A DNA stretch of 64,000 nucleotides from an uncultured delta proteobacterium. Lineage in GTDB: Bacteria; Myxococcota_A; UBA9160; SMWR01. The stretch's first letter is position 1; the number at the start of each line of letters is the position of its first letter. Where the stretch lies: NCBI GenBank assembly GCA_963832165.1, contig CAWHTE010000007.1, positions 320,001 through 384,000 of the forward strand, read 5' to 3'. Below, piece by piece: positions 18,263 through 27,953 of the stretch. Position numbers and translations under genes: made by a program. The notes beneath the pieces were generated by a model, which saw nothing but the letters and a program-made list of their open reading frames with translations, had not been told where the DNA came from and ran no database searches.

Positions 18263-19864
18263 TCAAACGGGCGCGTGGCGCGCGACGTCGTAGCGCCGGA
18301 AGGCGTTTGCGACCGCGAACGTGCCGCCCGCGCACGCGGAGAGCAGGCAGAACAGCGGTACCCCGACCGCCGCGACGCGCGAGCCCGTGACCTCGAGCGC
18401 GGCCCCGCCGACCGCGAGCGTGGCGCCCAGGATCATCGTGAGCACCGCGAACTTGAACAGTGCGGTCGCGAACGTGCGACCCACGAATGCGACGTCGCCG
18501 GGATCCTCGGGCACGGTGCGGTACGGCATCCACAGGAACAAGAGGTTGTCGATGCACAGCGCCACCCAGCTCACCACGGGCATCAGGCCTAGCACGAGCA
18601 GCGTGATCCCGGGCGTGATCGCCGACGTCGTCACGGCGAGCGTGAGCACACCGATCACCTGCACGGTGGTGGCGAAGAGAGCCGCTGGGAGGATCTGTCC
18701 CGTCGCGAGCGCGAGCGGCGAGATCGGCCAGCTCTTGAGCTGGCCCATGCGGTCGAGGTCGCGGCGGAAGTCGCACGCGAGGTTGTCACCCATCAAGAGC
18801 GGCAGGAACGTCACGAGGAAGATCCCGGTGCGGCCCATGCGCACGATCAGCAGCGGATCGCCGCCGCGCAGATAGGGAATGAAGATCGCGGCGGCGCTCA
18901 CGAGGCCCACGATCGAGAGCAGCAGCAACACGCCGCGCGGGTTGCGCACGAGCTCCTGGATCTGCCGCCACGCAACGGGCCCCGCACCCGCGAGGTACGG
19001 GAACATCGGCACGCGCCGCGCCGTCGACTCGGACGCGCCGAACGCGCCGCCGCCCCCGCGCATGCGCTGGAAGCGCAGCGCGCGTCGCTCGCTGTGCTGG
19101 ATCGCGGCCTCGCGGTAGGGCACCTCGAGGCGACAGATGTGCACGATCATCACCGCGAGCACGCCGAGCGACAGGCCCGTGGTGAGCATCCAGTCGAGCG
19201 CGGTCGGCGCCGCGGCCGTGGCGAGGAAGGGCCGCGCGGGGGCACCGATCACGCGCAGCGAAATCGACGTGCGGAAGAAGTCGGGCAGCGAGAGGTCGCG
19301 GCGCGCGCTGAACTCGTACGCCACTGCGGAGAGCGGCACGACCGCGAAAGCCACCGCGATCAGCCGGCGCCGCGCGGGCGCCACGTGCAGCGCGAGCCAC
19401 GCGCGCACCACGGCCAGCCATTGCCCCGAGATCTGCAGCAGCAGGAACACGAGCGTGTAGCCCGTGAACGCCTGCCACCAGCCCGCGCCACGCCATGTCG
19501 GGAGCAGCGACAGGAAGAGACCGGACAAGAACGCGGTGCGCGCGCGCAGCGCCACGTTGTAGAGCACGAGCGCGGTGCGCGAGAGCGGTGCCGTGAGCAG
19601 CCAATCGACGTCGGAGGGACGGAAATAGAGCCCGAGCGGCGAGAATGCGCCGAGCATCACGAGCCCCATCACGCTCGGCGCGCCATAGGTGTTCACGTTG
19701 CGCGCGAAGCCCGGCGAGCTCTGCGTCGTGAATCCGACCGCGGCGCAGAACAGCGCGAGGCCCGAGAGCGCGAGCGCGCCGCGCGGCTGGCGCAGGCGCG
19801 CGAGCAGACTCCGGGCGACGTTGCGCGAGTCGCTCCACCAGAGCCATACGAGCGGGTGACTCAT
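18263..19864 (-). CDS. Putative ABC exporter membrane subunit
   Basis: Multiple TM helices and FRPSDVDWLLTAPLSR motif. Coupled to an ABC ATPase. Confidence 0.75.
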   Translation of the reverse strand: MSHPLVWLWWSDSRNVARSLLARLRQPRGALALSGLALFCAAVGFTTQSSPGFARNVNTYGAPSVMGLVMLGAFSPLGLYFRPSDVDWLLTAPLSRTALVLYNVALRARTAFLSGLFLSLLPTWRGAGWWQAFTGYTLVFLLLQISGQWLAVVRAWLALHVAPARRRLIAVAFAVVPLSAVAYEFSARRDLSLPDFFRTSISLRVIGAPARPFLATAAAPTALDWMLTTGLSLGVLAVMIVHICRLEVPYREAAIQHSERRALRFQRMRGGGGAFGASESTARRVPMFPYLAGAGPVAWRQIQELVRNPRGVLLLLSIVGLVSAAAIFIPYLRGGDPLLIVRMGRTGIFLVTFLPLLMGDNLACDFRRDLDRMGQLKSWPISPLALATGQILPAALFATTVQVIGVLTLAVTTSAITPGITLLVLGLMPVVSWVALCIDNLLFLWMPYRTVPEDPGDVAFVGRTFATALFKFAVLTMILGATLAVGGAALEVTGSRVAAVGVPLFCLLSACAGGTFAVANAFRRYDVARHAPV

Positions 19865-20610
19865 CGCCGCCCTGCCGCAGCCTCGGCCTCCGCTTCGGTG
19901 GCGCCGAAGAAGATCTCCTCGAGGCTCGCGTCGTGGTGCATCGCGGGCAGCTCCGCCGCGATCTCCGCCTTCGAGCCGTGGAACAGCTTCGTGCCCTCGC
20001 GCAGGATCAGGAAGCGCGTGCAGTGCGGCTCGATCTGCCCGAGCAGGTGGCTGCTCATCACCACGGCGCGCCCCGATCCCGCGTGCCGGCGCAGCGTCGC
20101 GAACAGCGTGCGGATCCCGCGCGGGTCGAGGCCGACCAGCGGCTCGTCGAGCATGAGCAGGCTCGGCGCGTGGATCAGCGCCGACGCAACCGCGACCTTC
20201 TGGCGCATTCCGCGCGAGAGCGCCTCGGCGAGCGTGTCGCGGCGCGGGGCCAGCTCGAGCTCTTCGAGCAGCTCGCGCGCGAGCGGCTCCCAGCCCGATA
20301 CGTCGTAGAGCCGCGCCGCGAGCTCGAGGTGCTCCCACACCGAGAGCCGCGCGAACAGATGCGGCTCGTCGGGCACGAGCGCGAGCCGCCGCTTGGCCGC
20401 GAGCGGATCTGCCGCGAGCTCGACGCCGTCGACGGTGACCCCGCCCTCGTCGGGCGAGAGGATTCCGGCGACGCAGCGCAGCGTGGTGGTCTTGCCCGCG
20501 CCGTTCGGGCCGACCAGGCCCAGGATCTCACCCGCGCGGACCTGGAAGGCAAGCCCGTTGACCGCGACGCGATCGCCGAAGCGCTTGGTGAGCTCTCGCA
20601 CCTCGAGCAT
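19861..20610 (-). CDS. ABC transporter ATP-binding protein
   Basis: GPNGAGKT, LSRGMRQK, LDEP, SSH. Confidence 0.92.
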   Translation of the reverse strand: MLEVRELTKRFGDRVAVNGLAFQVRAGEILGLVGPNGAGKTTTLRCVAGILSPDEGGVTVDGVELAADPLAAKRRLALVPDEPHLFARLSVWEHLELAARLYDVSGWEPLARELLEELELAPRRDTLAEALSRGMRQKVAVASALIHAPSLLMLDEPLVGLDPRGIRTLFATLRRHAGSGRAVVMSSHLLGQIEPHCTRFLILREGTKLFHGSKAEIAAELPAMHHDASLEEIFFGATEAEAEAAAGRR

Positions 20611-20654
20611 GGCTGCTCACCATAGCCGAGCCAGACGATGGTTCGGCCGTCGAG

Positions 20655-21419
20655 CTACGCAGCGACCTGCGCGGCCGCGGCGCGGCTGCGCGAGCGCGAC
20701 GCGTCGTGCAGCGGCCGGCTCTGCTCGTAATAGGTGGGGCGCTCGAGGCGGAGCCGCGCGCGCACCTCGTCGATCGGCAGTGCCAGCAGCGCCTGCCAGT
20801 CCTGCGCGATCATCCACTCTGCGCGGCGCCCGATCCGGAAGCCCTGCAGCACCGCGCGCACCGACGGCGCGCCCGGGTATTCGAACGGCACCTGGAAGAG
20901 GCCGAGCAGCGCGATGAACGCAACGCCCGGGGTGCGGATCTGGCTGTACAGCACGCCGAGCAGGCACAGCTCGCCGAGCGGATCGCGGCCATAGCCGGTC
21001 AGGACGTGCCAGAGGTCGTGGCTGTCGCGCGCCAGGTCTCCGAACGTGCGCGCGTCCGGGTCCGCGTTCCGCTGCTGGTATCCCTCGTCGGACGCCTCGG
21101 CGAGCCCGTCGGCGGTCAGACCCTCGCGCTCCATGAAGGCGAGGTAGACGCGGCCCAGCGAGCCTTCGGGCAGCGCGCGCAGGTGTTCGCGGTTCGCGAG
21201 CACGTCGAGCAGGCTGCGCCGCTCGGCCAGGATCTCGCGGCCGATTTCGGACTGGCGCATGCGCTCGACGTTGCGGATCTCCGAGTTGCCGCGCAGCGCG
21301 TCGACGATCCGGAACACCTGGGTGGTGTCGTCGTTGTCGAGCGCGAGCCGCCACAGCGCGCGGAACGCGGCGCCGAGGCGGATCGGGTTCTTCTGCTGCT
21401 GCGGATGAGAAGTGGTCAT
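20655..21419 (-). CDS. Coq4 family protein
   Basis: LPEGSLGRVY and HDLWHVLTGYGRDPLGE (HDxxH-x11-E metal motif). Confidence 0.85.
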   Translation of the reverse strand: MTTSHPQQQKNPIRLGAAFRALWRLALDNDDTTQVFRIVDALRGNSEIRNVERMRQSEIGREILAERRSLLDVLANREHLRALPEGSLGRVYLAFMEREGLTADGLAEASDEGYQQRNADPDARTFGDLARDSHDLWHVLTGYGRDPLGELCLLGVLYSQIRTPGVAFIALLGLFQVPFEYPGAPSVRAVLQGFRIGRRAEWMIAQDWQALLALPIDEVRARLRLERPTYYEQSRPLHDASRSRSRAAAAQVAA

Positions 21420-21481
21420 CTTCGTTTCTCCTGTCGAATCCCTACCGACGCCCTGCCATGGGAATTCAGTGGTTTCGAGCG

Positions 21482-21507
21482 TGTAACTTACAAGAGCGTA
21501 ACTTACA
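21482..21507. promoter_or_regulatory. Tandem palindromic operators TGTAACTTACA / GTAACTTACA between divergent coq4-like and tetR genes
   Basis: Two GTAACTTACA copies 15 bp apart, each a GTAA-C-TTAC palindrome. Confidence 0.7.
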
Positions 21508-21530
21508 GAGCTGAAATATCCTCGTCAACG

Positions 21531-22163
21531 GTGCCCGCTCAAAAAAATCCCCGCCTGCCGCGCGCGGAGCGCCGCCAGCAGCTCCTGGAGGTTTCCCGCG
21601 GGGTCTTTGCGGAGCGCGGCTTCGATGCCGCCACGCTCGAGGAGATCGCGGAGCGCGCCGGGGTGTCGCGGCCGATCGTGTACGGCCACTTCGGCGACAA
21701 GCAGCGACTGTTCGAGGAGGTCGTGACCGCCGAGATCGACCGCGTGCAGCTGGCGGTCGGCAGCGCGATCGCGGCGCCGGGCCAACCGCGTGCGGTGCTC
21801 GAGCGCGGACTGCGCGCGTTCTTCGCCTACGTGCGCGAGCACCCGGAGGGCCATGCCGTGCTCACGCGCGATGCGCCGGTTCACGTCTCCGATGTCGGTC
21901 TCGGCGTGATGCTCGACGACCTCGCCGCGCGGATCAGCGACGCGATCGCGCGCGCGATCCGCACGCTCGGCCTCGACCCCGCGCCCGCGCCGATCTACGC
22001 GAACGCGCTGATCGGGCTCGGCGCGCACGTGGGCCGCTGGTGGCGCGACCACCCCGAGGTGTCGCTCGACACGATCACGACCCACACCACGACGCTGCTC
22101 TGGAGCGGCTTCGGCGGGATGATCAACGACCCGGACGTCCGGGCGCTCTTGCTGCCCAACTAG
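21531..22163 (+). CDS. TetR family transcriptional regulator
   Basis: ATLEEIAERAGVSRPIVYGHFGDK. GTG start inferred. Confidence 0.9.
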   Translation: MPAQKNPRLPRAERRQQLLEVSRGVFAERGFDAATLEEIAERAGVSRPIVYGHFGDKQRLFEEVVTAEIDRVQLAVGSAIAAPGQPRAVLERGLRAFFAYVREHPEGHAVLTRDAPVHVSDVGLGVMLDDLAARISDAIARAIRTLGLDPAPAPIYANALIGLGAHVGRWWRDHPEVSLDTITTHTTTLLWSGFGGMINDPDVRALLLPN

Positions 22164-22171
22164 AGACCGAG

Positions 22172-24463
22172 CTAGGCGGTCGGCCGCTCCGAAGCGATCC
22201 GCACGCCGTTGCCGAGCAGCAGCGCCGGCAGCAGCGTGAGGTCGGCGAGCAGCGCCACGCCGACGGTCGCCGCGGTGAGCAGACCGAAATTGCGCGTCAC
22301 CGCGAAATCGGAGAGCCCGAGCACGCCGAAGCCGATCGCGATCGTGAGCGTCGTGAGCAACATCGGTGCCAGCACGCGCCGGAACGTGTCCACGAGCGCT
22401 CGCTTCGGATCCACGCGGTGCTCGGGGTGCTCGGTGAATCCCGAGAGCAGATGGATCGTGTCGTCCACTGCGATGCCGAGCGCGAGGCAGCCCACCACCA
22501 CGGTCGCCGCGTCGAGCGGGATTCCCGCGAGGCCCATGAAGCCGAACGTGAGCACGAGCGGAACCGCGTCGGGCACCATCGCGAGTGCCGCGACGCGCAG
22601 CGAGCGGAAGATCACGAGCGCGAGCGCTCCGGCCACGAGCAGCGACGCGGCGAGCCCGCGGATCTGGCCCAGCGCGATCTCGTCCTCCGCGCGCGCGAAC
22701 TCGAACATGATCCCCGTCGTGCGCGCGCTCGTGCCGGGCGGTCCGTGCTCGCGCCACCAGCCCTCGGCGCTGCGCGCGACGTCGAGCAGATTGTCGGAGC
22801 TGTTGTCGTCGACGCGCAGCAGCACGTTCGCGCTCGCGTGGTCTTCGCGCAGCACGTCGGAGATCCGGTCGACCGACGCGAGCAGGAGCAGGTATTGCTC
22901 GATCAGTGCGGTGTCCTGCGGAACGCCCGCATCCGGAACACCCGCGAACGCGGCGTGGATCTGGCGCAGCGGATCCGCGATCGAGATCACCTTGCCCACG
23001 TCGCTGCGCCCCGCGAGCGCACCCGCGAGCCCGTCGATCGCCTCGATCGCCCGCGGCTCCGCGAGCGAGGCGCCGTCCTCCGAAGTGATGACGACGTTCA
23101 TCGGGCTGATTCCGGAGAGCCGCTCCCGGATCGCCTCGTACGAGTCGCGCACCTCGCTGCCGCGCGGGAACCAGCGCGTCGCGTCGGTCTCGACCGAGAT
23201 GCGCGGAAGTCCGAGCCCGAGCACGGCGATGCCGACCCCCCAGGTCGCGAGTACCGCGCGGCGGCGCCGCGCCACGAACCCGACGAGCGCGAGCGCCCAG
23301 CGCTCGCCGATCGCCCGGTGCAGCCGCGGCTCGGGTGCATCGAGCGGCAACAGAGAGAGCGCCGCGGGCACTACGGTGAGCGCGGCGGCTGCGACGGCGA
23401 ACGTTCCGACCGCGCCGAACACGCCGAGATCGCGGATCGCCTCGATCCGGACCAGCGCGACGCCGAGGAAGCCGATCGCCGTGGTGAGCCCCGACAGCGC
23501 GACGGGCCGAGCCACCTCGCGCATGTGTTCCGCGAGCTCCGCGCGCGATCGGCAGCCGCCCGTCGCCGCGAGCACGTGGATCGTGTACGCGCTGCCGAGC
23601 GCGAGCAGGAGCGGTGGCAGGATGATGGTCGAGAACGTGAGCGGCGTGTGCGTCGCGCCCATCGCGCCTAGCATCAAGAGCGTGCCGAGCCCGCTCGCCG
23701 CGAGCGACACCGCGACCGAGCGGCGCGAGCGGAACGCGGCGTAGAGCAGCGCTCCCACCGCCGCGATCGTGAGCGGCACGAAGAACAGGATCTCGCTCTC
23801 GCTCTGCCGGTTCGACTCGGTGCGGAAGATCGGCACGCCCGAGACCCATGCGGGCCCACCCGCGATCGCGGCGCGCACGCGGTCGATGATCGCCTCGATC
23901 TCGTGACCGAGGTCGCCTTCGAGCAGGAGGTTGATCGCCATCACGCGCCCGTCGGTCGAGACGAGGCTGCGCGGGGCCAGACGATCGCGCGCGAGCAGCT
24001 CGGGCACGATCGCGAGCGCGAGATCGTCGGGCTGCGCCGCCTCGGGCACGGACGGGTCGAGGTGCAGATCGCCGTCCGCATCGGTGCGGATCACGGGAAC
24101 CGTGGCGAGGCTGTCGACGCGGCGCACACCGTGCACGCGCGCGAGCTCTGCCGACAGCGCGGCGACACGCGCGAGCAGCGCGGGATCCCACGGCCGCTCG
24201 CTCTCGAGCGCGACCACGAGGATCTCGTCGCCGCCGTACATCGCGATGCTGTCGCGGTAGAAGCTCCAGGCCGGACCTTCCTGCGCGAGGATGCTCTCCG
24301 TGGTGGGATCGAACTCGAGCTGCGCGATGCCCGCGCTCGCGAGCGCGCACAAGAAGAGCCAGGCGCCGAGGACGGTGCGCGCGCGTTCGGTGCTCTGCCG
24401 GACCAACCACCCGAGCACAGGACTCGCGCGGCGGCCGCTGCGCGGTGCGGACGGAATACTCAC
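22172..24463 (-). CDS. MMPL/RND family transporter
   Basis: Two TM clusters with periplasmic loops and GIAVDDTIH motif. Confidence 0.88.
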   Translation of the reverse strand: MSIPSAPRSGRRASPVLGWLVRQSTERARTVLGAWLFLCALASAGIAQLEFDPTTESILAQEGPAWSFYRDSIAMYGGDEILVVALESERPWDPALLARVAALSAELARVHGVRRVDSLATVPVIRTDADGDLHLDPSVPEAAQPDDLALAIVPELLARDRLAPRSLVSTDGRVMAINLLLEGDLGHEIEAIIDRVRAAIAGGPAWVSGVPIFRTESNRQSESEILFFVPLTIAAVGALLYAAFRSRRSVAVSLAASGLGTLLMLGAMGATHTPLTFSTIILPPLLLALGSAYTIHVLAATGGCRSRAELAEHMREVARPVALSGLTTAIGFLGVALVRIEAIRDLGVFGAVGTFAVAAAALTVVPAALSLLPLDAPEPRLHRAIGERWALALVGFVARRRRAVLATWGVGIAVLGLGLPRISVETDATRWFPRGSEVRDSYEAIRERLSGISPMNVVITSEDGASLAEPRAIEAIDGLAGALAGRSDVGKVISIADPLRQIHAAFAGVPDAGVPQDTALIEQYLLLLASVDRISDVLREDHASANVLLRVDDNSSDNLLDVARSAEGWWREHGPPGTSARTTGIMFEFARAEDEIALGQIRGLAASLLVAGALALVIFRSLRVAALAMVPDAVPLVLTFGFMGLAGIPLDAATVVVGCLALGIAVDDTIHLLSGFTEHPEHRVDPKRALVDTFRRVLAPMLLTTLTIAIGFGVLGLSDFAVTRNFGLLTAATVGVALLADLTLLPALLLGNGVRIASERPTA

Positions 24464-24488
24464 CCCGCGCGGATGCTAGCTGCTGGGA

Positions 24489-25976
24489 TCAGCCTCGCAG
24501 CTCGCGCTTGAGGATCTTGCCAGTGGGGCCCTTCGGCAGGCTCTCCGCGAAGACCACGATGCGCGGGTATTTGTAGGCGGCGAGCCGCTCCCGGCAGTAG
24601 GTGATCACCTCCTCGGCGCCGAGCTTCGGGTCGCGCGAGACGATCACGGCCTTCACCTCTTCACCGTGGCTCTCGTGCGGCACTCCGATCACCGCGGCTT
24701 CGACGATCGCGGGGTGCGCGTAGAGCACCTCCTCGATCTCGCGCGGGTACACGTTGAAGCCGCCGCGGATGATCATGTCCTTCACGCGGTCGACGATCCG
24801 ATAGGAGCCGTTCGCGTCGCGGATCCCGACGTCGCCCGAGTGGAACCAGCCGCCGCGCAGCGCCTCGCGCGTAGCGTCGGCGCGGCCCAGGTAGCCCTTC
24901 ATGATGTTGTGGCCGCGAATGCAGATCTCGCCGCGCTCGCCGTCGGGCAACGGCTGATCCTTCTCGTCGAGGATCGCCATCTCGACGCCCCACACCGGAT
25001 ATCCGATCGAGCCGGCCGCGCGCGGGCGGCCCGGCGCGTTGAAGCACGCGACGGGCGAAGTCTCCGAGAGCCCGTAGCCCTCGTAGATCTCGACGCCGAA
25101 CTTCGCCTCGAACGCATTCATCACCTCGACCGGCATCGCCGCGCCGCCCGAGACGCACAGGCGAAGCGCGGAGAGATCGCGCGCGGGGCCCTCGTGGTTG
25201 AGCAGCGCGAAGTACATCGTCGGAACACCCGCGAACAGCGTGACGCGGTCGCGCTCCATGATCGCGAACGCATCGTCGGCCGTGAAACGCGGGAGCAGGC
25301 TGAAGCTGCCGCCCGCAGCGATCGTCGCGTTCTGGATGCAGGTCTGCCCGAACGAGTGGAACAGCGGCAGCGTCGCGAGCGCGACGTCGTCGTGACTGGC
25401 CGGCAGGAGCTTCGGCAGCACCACCGCGCAGTTGATGTAGAGGTTCGAGTGGGTGAGCTCGGCACCCTTGGGCTTGCCCGTGGTGCCCGAGGTGTAGAGG
25501 ATCACCGCGGTGTCGGTGGGGAGCGTCGGGTGGAGTGCGTCGAGCGGTGGCGCCGACGCGAGCGACGCGACGGTGTCGGCACCGTCGCCGGCCGCCCACA
25601 CCACGGGGACTCCCGCGGCCGCCGCCCCCGCCTTCGCGGGCGCCTCGAACAGCGGATGCGCGAACAACAGCCGCGCGCGCGAATCCTCGAGGTGGTACTG
25701 CACCTCGGGCGCCGTGAGCAGCACGTTGAGCGGAACCACCGTGCAGCCCGCGTAGAGGATCCCGTAGTAGACCTGCGTGAACTCGGGCAGGTTCGGGATC
25801 AGGATCGCGACCGAGGAGCCGGGCTCGATGCCGCGCGCGCGCAGGCTCGTGGCGATGCCGCGCGCGGCGCGGTCGAGCTCGGCGTAGGTGAGCGCGTGCT
25901 CGCCGAGGCGCACCGCGACCCGGTCGGGTGAGAGCGCCGTGGTCGCCTGGAGGATCGAGCCGAGGTTCAGGTGCAT
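24489..25976 (-). CDS. Long-chain fatty acid--CoA ligase
   Basis: YTSGTTGKPKG, EGYGLSE, SGDVG, DRVKDMIIRGG, GPTGKILK. Confidence 0.93.
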   Translation of the reverse strand: MHLNLGSILQATTALSPDRVAVRLGEHALTYAELDRAARGIATSLRARGIEPGSSVAILIPNLPEFTQVYYGILYAGCTVVPLNVLLTAPEVQYHLEDSRARLLFAHPLFEAPAKAGAAAAGVPVVWAAGDGADTVASLASAPPLDALHPTLPTDTAVILYTSGTTGKPKGAELTHSNLYINCAVVLPKLLPASHDDVALATLPLFHSFGQTCIQNATIAAGGSFSLLPRFTADDAFAIMERDRVTLFAGVPTMYFALLNHEGPARDLSALRLCVSGGAAMPVEVMNAFEAKFGVEIYEGYGLSETSPVACFNAPGRPRAAGSIGYPVWGVEMAILDEKDQPLPDGERGEICIRGHNIMKGYLGRADATREALRGGWFHSGDVGIRDANGSYRIVDRVKDMIIRGGFNVYPREIEEVLYAHPAIVEAAVIGVPHESHGEEVKAVIVSRDPKLGAEEVITYCRERLAAYKYPRIVVFAESLPKGPTGKILKRELRG

Positions 25977-25986
25977 GGTCCCTCCG

Positions 25987-26457
25987 TCATTGCTGCGCGC
26001 GCAGCAGCATCCCCACCCAGACGCCGATCGCCGTGACGAACGCGAGCACGCCGGTCCAGCCCGCGATCCGACCCGCTCGCCGATGCTGCTCGCGTCCGGG
26101 CAGGGCGCCTGGGCCGGGCGGGATCGACCAGGTCGGGCGCAACCGGTCCTGGAAGCGCAGTGCGCGGTAGAGCGCATAGCCGCCCGCGACGAGCATCCCC
26201 GCGATGCACATCTCGTGGGTGTAGAGGATCGCGAAATCGAGCCCGGTCCAGGCGCTGCGGTCCTCCCGGCCGAGCCAGGCGACTTTCGCGAGATAGGACA
26301 CGAGGAAGAGCGCGACGAGCGCGCTCGACACGAGCATCATGCGGCGGTGCGTGCGCACGTCGCCGCGCCGGACTGCGCGGATGCCGCGCGTGCCGCACGC
26401 GACGATCACGCCCAGATTGGCGAGTGCGGCGCTCCAGTAGAGGAGATTGGGCGTCAC
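25987..26457 (-). CDS. DUF420 family membrane protein
   Basis: HRRMML, LFLVSYL, ILYTHE, HRRAGR pattern with four TM helices. Confidence 0.75.
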   Translation of the reverse strand: MTPNLLYWSAALANLGVIVACGTRGIRAVRRGDVRTHRRMMLVSSALVALFLVSYLAKVAWLGREDRSAWTGLDFAILYTHEMCIAGMLVAGGYALYRALRFQDRLRPTWSIPPGPGALPGREQHRRAGRIAGWTGVLAFVTAIGVWVGMLLRAQQ

Positions 26458-27632
26458 TGCGATCGCAAGCCCAGTGCGTGCTCCGCGATCAGCTTGCGGT
26501 GCAGCTCGCTCGTGCCCTCGCCGAACTCGAGCGCCTTCGCCTCGAGCAGCAGGCGCCCCACCTCGTACTCGGCCGTGACGCCGTATCCGCCGTGGATCTG
26601 GATCGCGTCGAGCGCGTTGTAGGTGGCCGCCTCGCTCGCCATGAGCTTCGCGAGCGACGCCTCCATGCTCGCACGCTCGATCCCGGCGTCCTTCATGCGG
26701 CCGAGCCGGTAGACCACGCCGCGCGCGCCCTCCGTGCGGCAGATCATGTCGGCGATCTTCTGCTGGATCATCTGGAACTCGCCGATCTTCTGCCCGAACG
26801 CCTCCCGCTCGCGCGCGTAGGCGACCGCGAGCTCGACGCAGCGCTGTGCCTGTCCGATGCAGCGCGCCGCCACCGAATAACGGCCCATGTCGAGCGCCGA
26901 GCCGAGCACGGGGAAGCCGCCGCCCGGCTCGCCGAGCAGATTCTCGTCGGGCACGAACACGTCCTTGAAGTGCACCTCGGCCACGTTGTCGCGCTTGAGC
27001 GTGCGCATCGGGAACGCGCCGATCGTGATCCCCTCGGAGACGCGCGGATCGACGAGCAGCGCCGTCACGCCCTTGTGTTTCTTCGCGAGGTCGACCGACG
27101 CCACGAGGAAGAACAGGCCCGCGTGCGCGGCGTGCGAGATGAACACCTTGGTGCCGTTGATGCGCCAGCCGCCCGGCACGCGCGTGGCAGTGGTCTTCAG
27201 GTTGCCGAGGTCGGTGCCGCCGCCGGGCTCGGTCAGACACGCAGAGCAGATGCACTCGCCCGCCGCGATCGCGGGCAGCCATTTCTCCTTCTGCGCCTCG
27301 GTGCCCCAGCGCAGGATCGAGCTCGCGAGGAGCGAGTTGGAGACCGACACCACCGATGCCACCACCCAGTCGGCGCGCGCGAGCTCCTCGCAGATGATTC
27401 CGTAGGTCACCACGTCGCTCTTCGAGCCGCCGTAGCGCTCCGGGATCATCGGGCCGAGCAGGCCCAGCGCGGGCAGCTTGGCGATCTGCTCGAGCGGGTA
27501 GCGCTCCTCGCGCTCGTACCGCTCGACGTGGGGCAGGAGCTCCTTTTCGGCGAATTCGCGGACGGTCGCGCGCACGAGCCGCTGCTCTTCGGTGAGATCG
27601 AAATCGGCGATCCGCTCGAGGGGATCCGACAC
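26454..27632 (-). CDS. Acyl-CoA dehydrogenase
   Basis: CLTEPGGGTD, INGTKVFIS, REAFGQKI, IQIHGGYG, GEGTSE. RBS GGAGG. Confidence 0.93.
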   Translation of the reverse strand: MSDPLERIADFDLTEEQRLVRATVREFAEKELLPHVERYEREERYPLEQIAKLPALGLLGPMIPERYGGSKSDVVTYGIICEELARADWVVASVVSVSNSLLASSILRWGTEAQKEKWLPAIAAGECICSACLTEPGGGTDLGNLKTTATRVPGGWRINGTKVFISHAAHAGLFFLVASVDLAKKHKGVTALLVDPRVSEGITIGAFPMRTLKRDNVAEVHFKDVFVPDENLLGEPGGGFPVLGSALDMGRYSVAARCIGQAQRCVELAVAYAREREAFGQKIGEFQMIQQKIADMICRTEGARGVVYRLGRMKDAGIERASMEASLAKLMASEAATYNALDAIQIHGGYGVTAEYEVGRLLLEAKALEFGEGTSELHRKLIAEHALGLRSQ

Positions 27633-27720
27633 GGCGGCCTCCAGGCGCCCGCCAGCATACGCGGTGCGCTTTGCGGGCCCAAGAGGCCTCACCTACCTTG
27701 CCGGGCCGCAAGCCGTCAGG

Positions 27721-27748
27721 CGCGCAGCGAGGCGAAGCCGAGCGGAGC
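27721..27748 (+). repeat. Variant (subfamily B) of the dispersed element
   Basis: CGCGCAGCGAGGCGAAGCCGAGCGGAGC, with stem pair swapped relative to consensus. Confidence 0.75.
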
Positions 27749-27768
27749 CCAAAAGGGGAGATCGACCC

Positions 27769-27897
27769 GTGAAGAAGGCGAAGCCGCTGCCGCACCGCAA
27801 CCGCAAGAAGAGCGCGCGCCATCGCGCCAAGCTCAAGGCGAAGTTCCGCCGCAAGCGGCTCTCGCGCAGCAAGGGCGAGCGGAGCACCTACCGCTAG
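27769..27897 (+). CDS. 42-aa extremely basic small protein
   Basis: GGGGAG RBS 8 nt before GTG. 20/42 residues K/R. Lys all AAG, Arg mostly CGC. Confidence 0.7.
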   Translation: MKKAKPLPHRNRKKSARHRAKLKAKFRRKRLSRSKGERSTYR

Positions 27898-27953
27898 GAG
27901 ACGTCCGTGCCACCGCGAGTGGCGACGGCGTCCGCCTACCCTACGGTCCTCCC

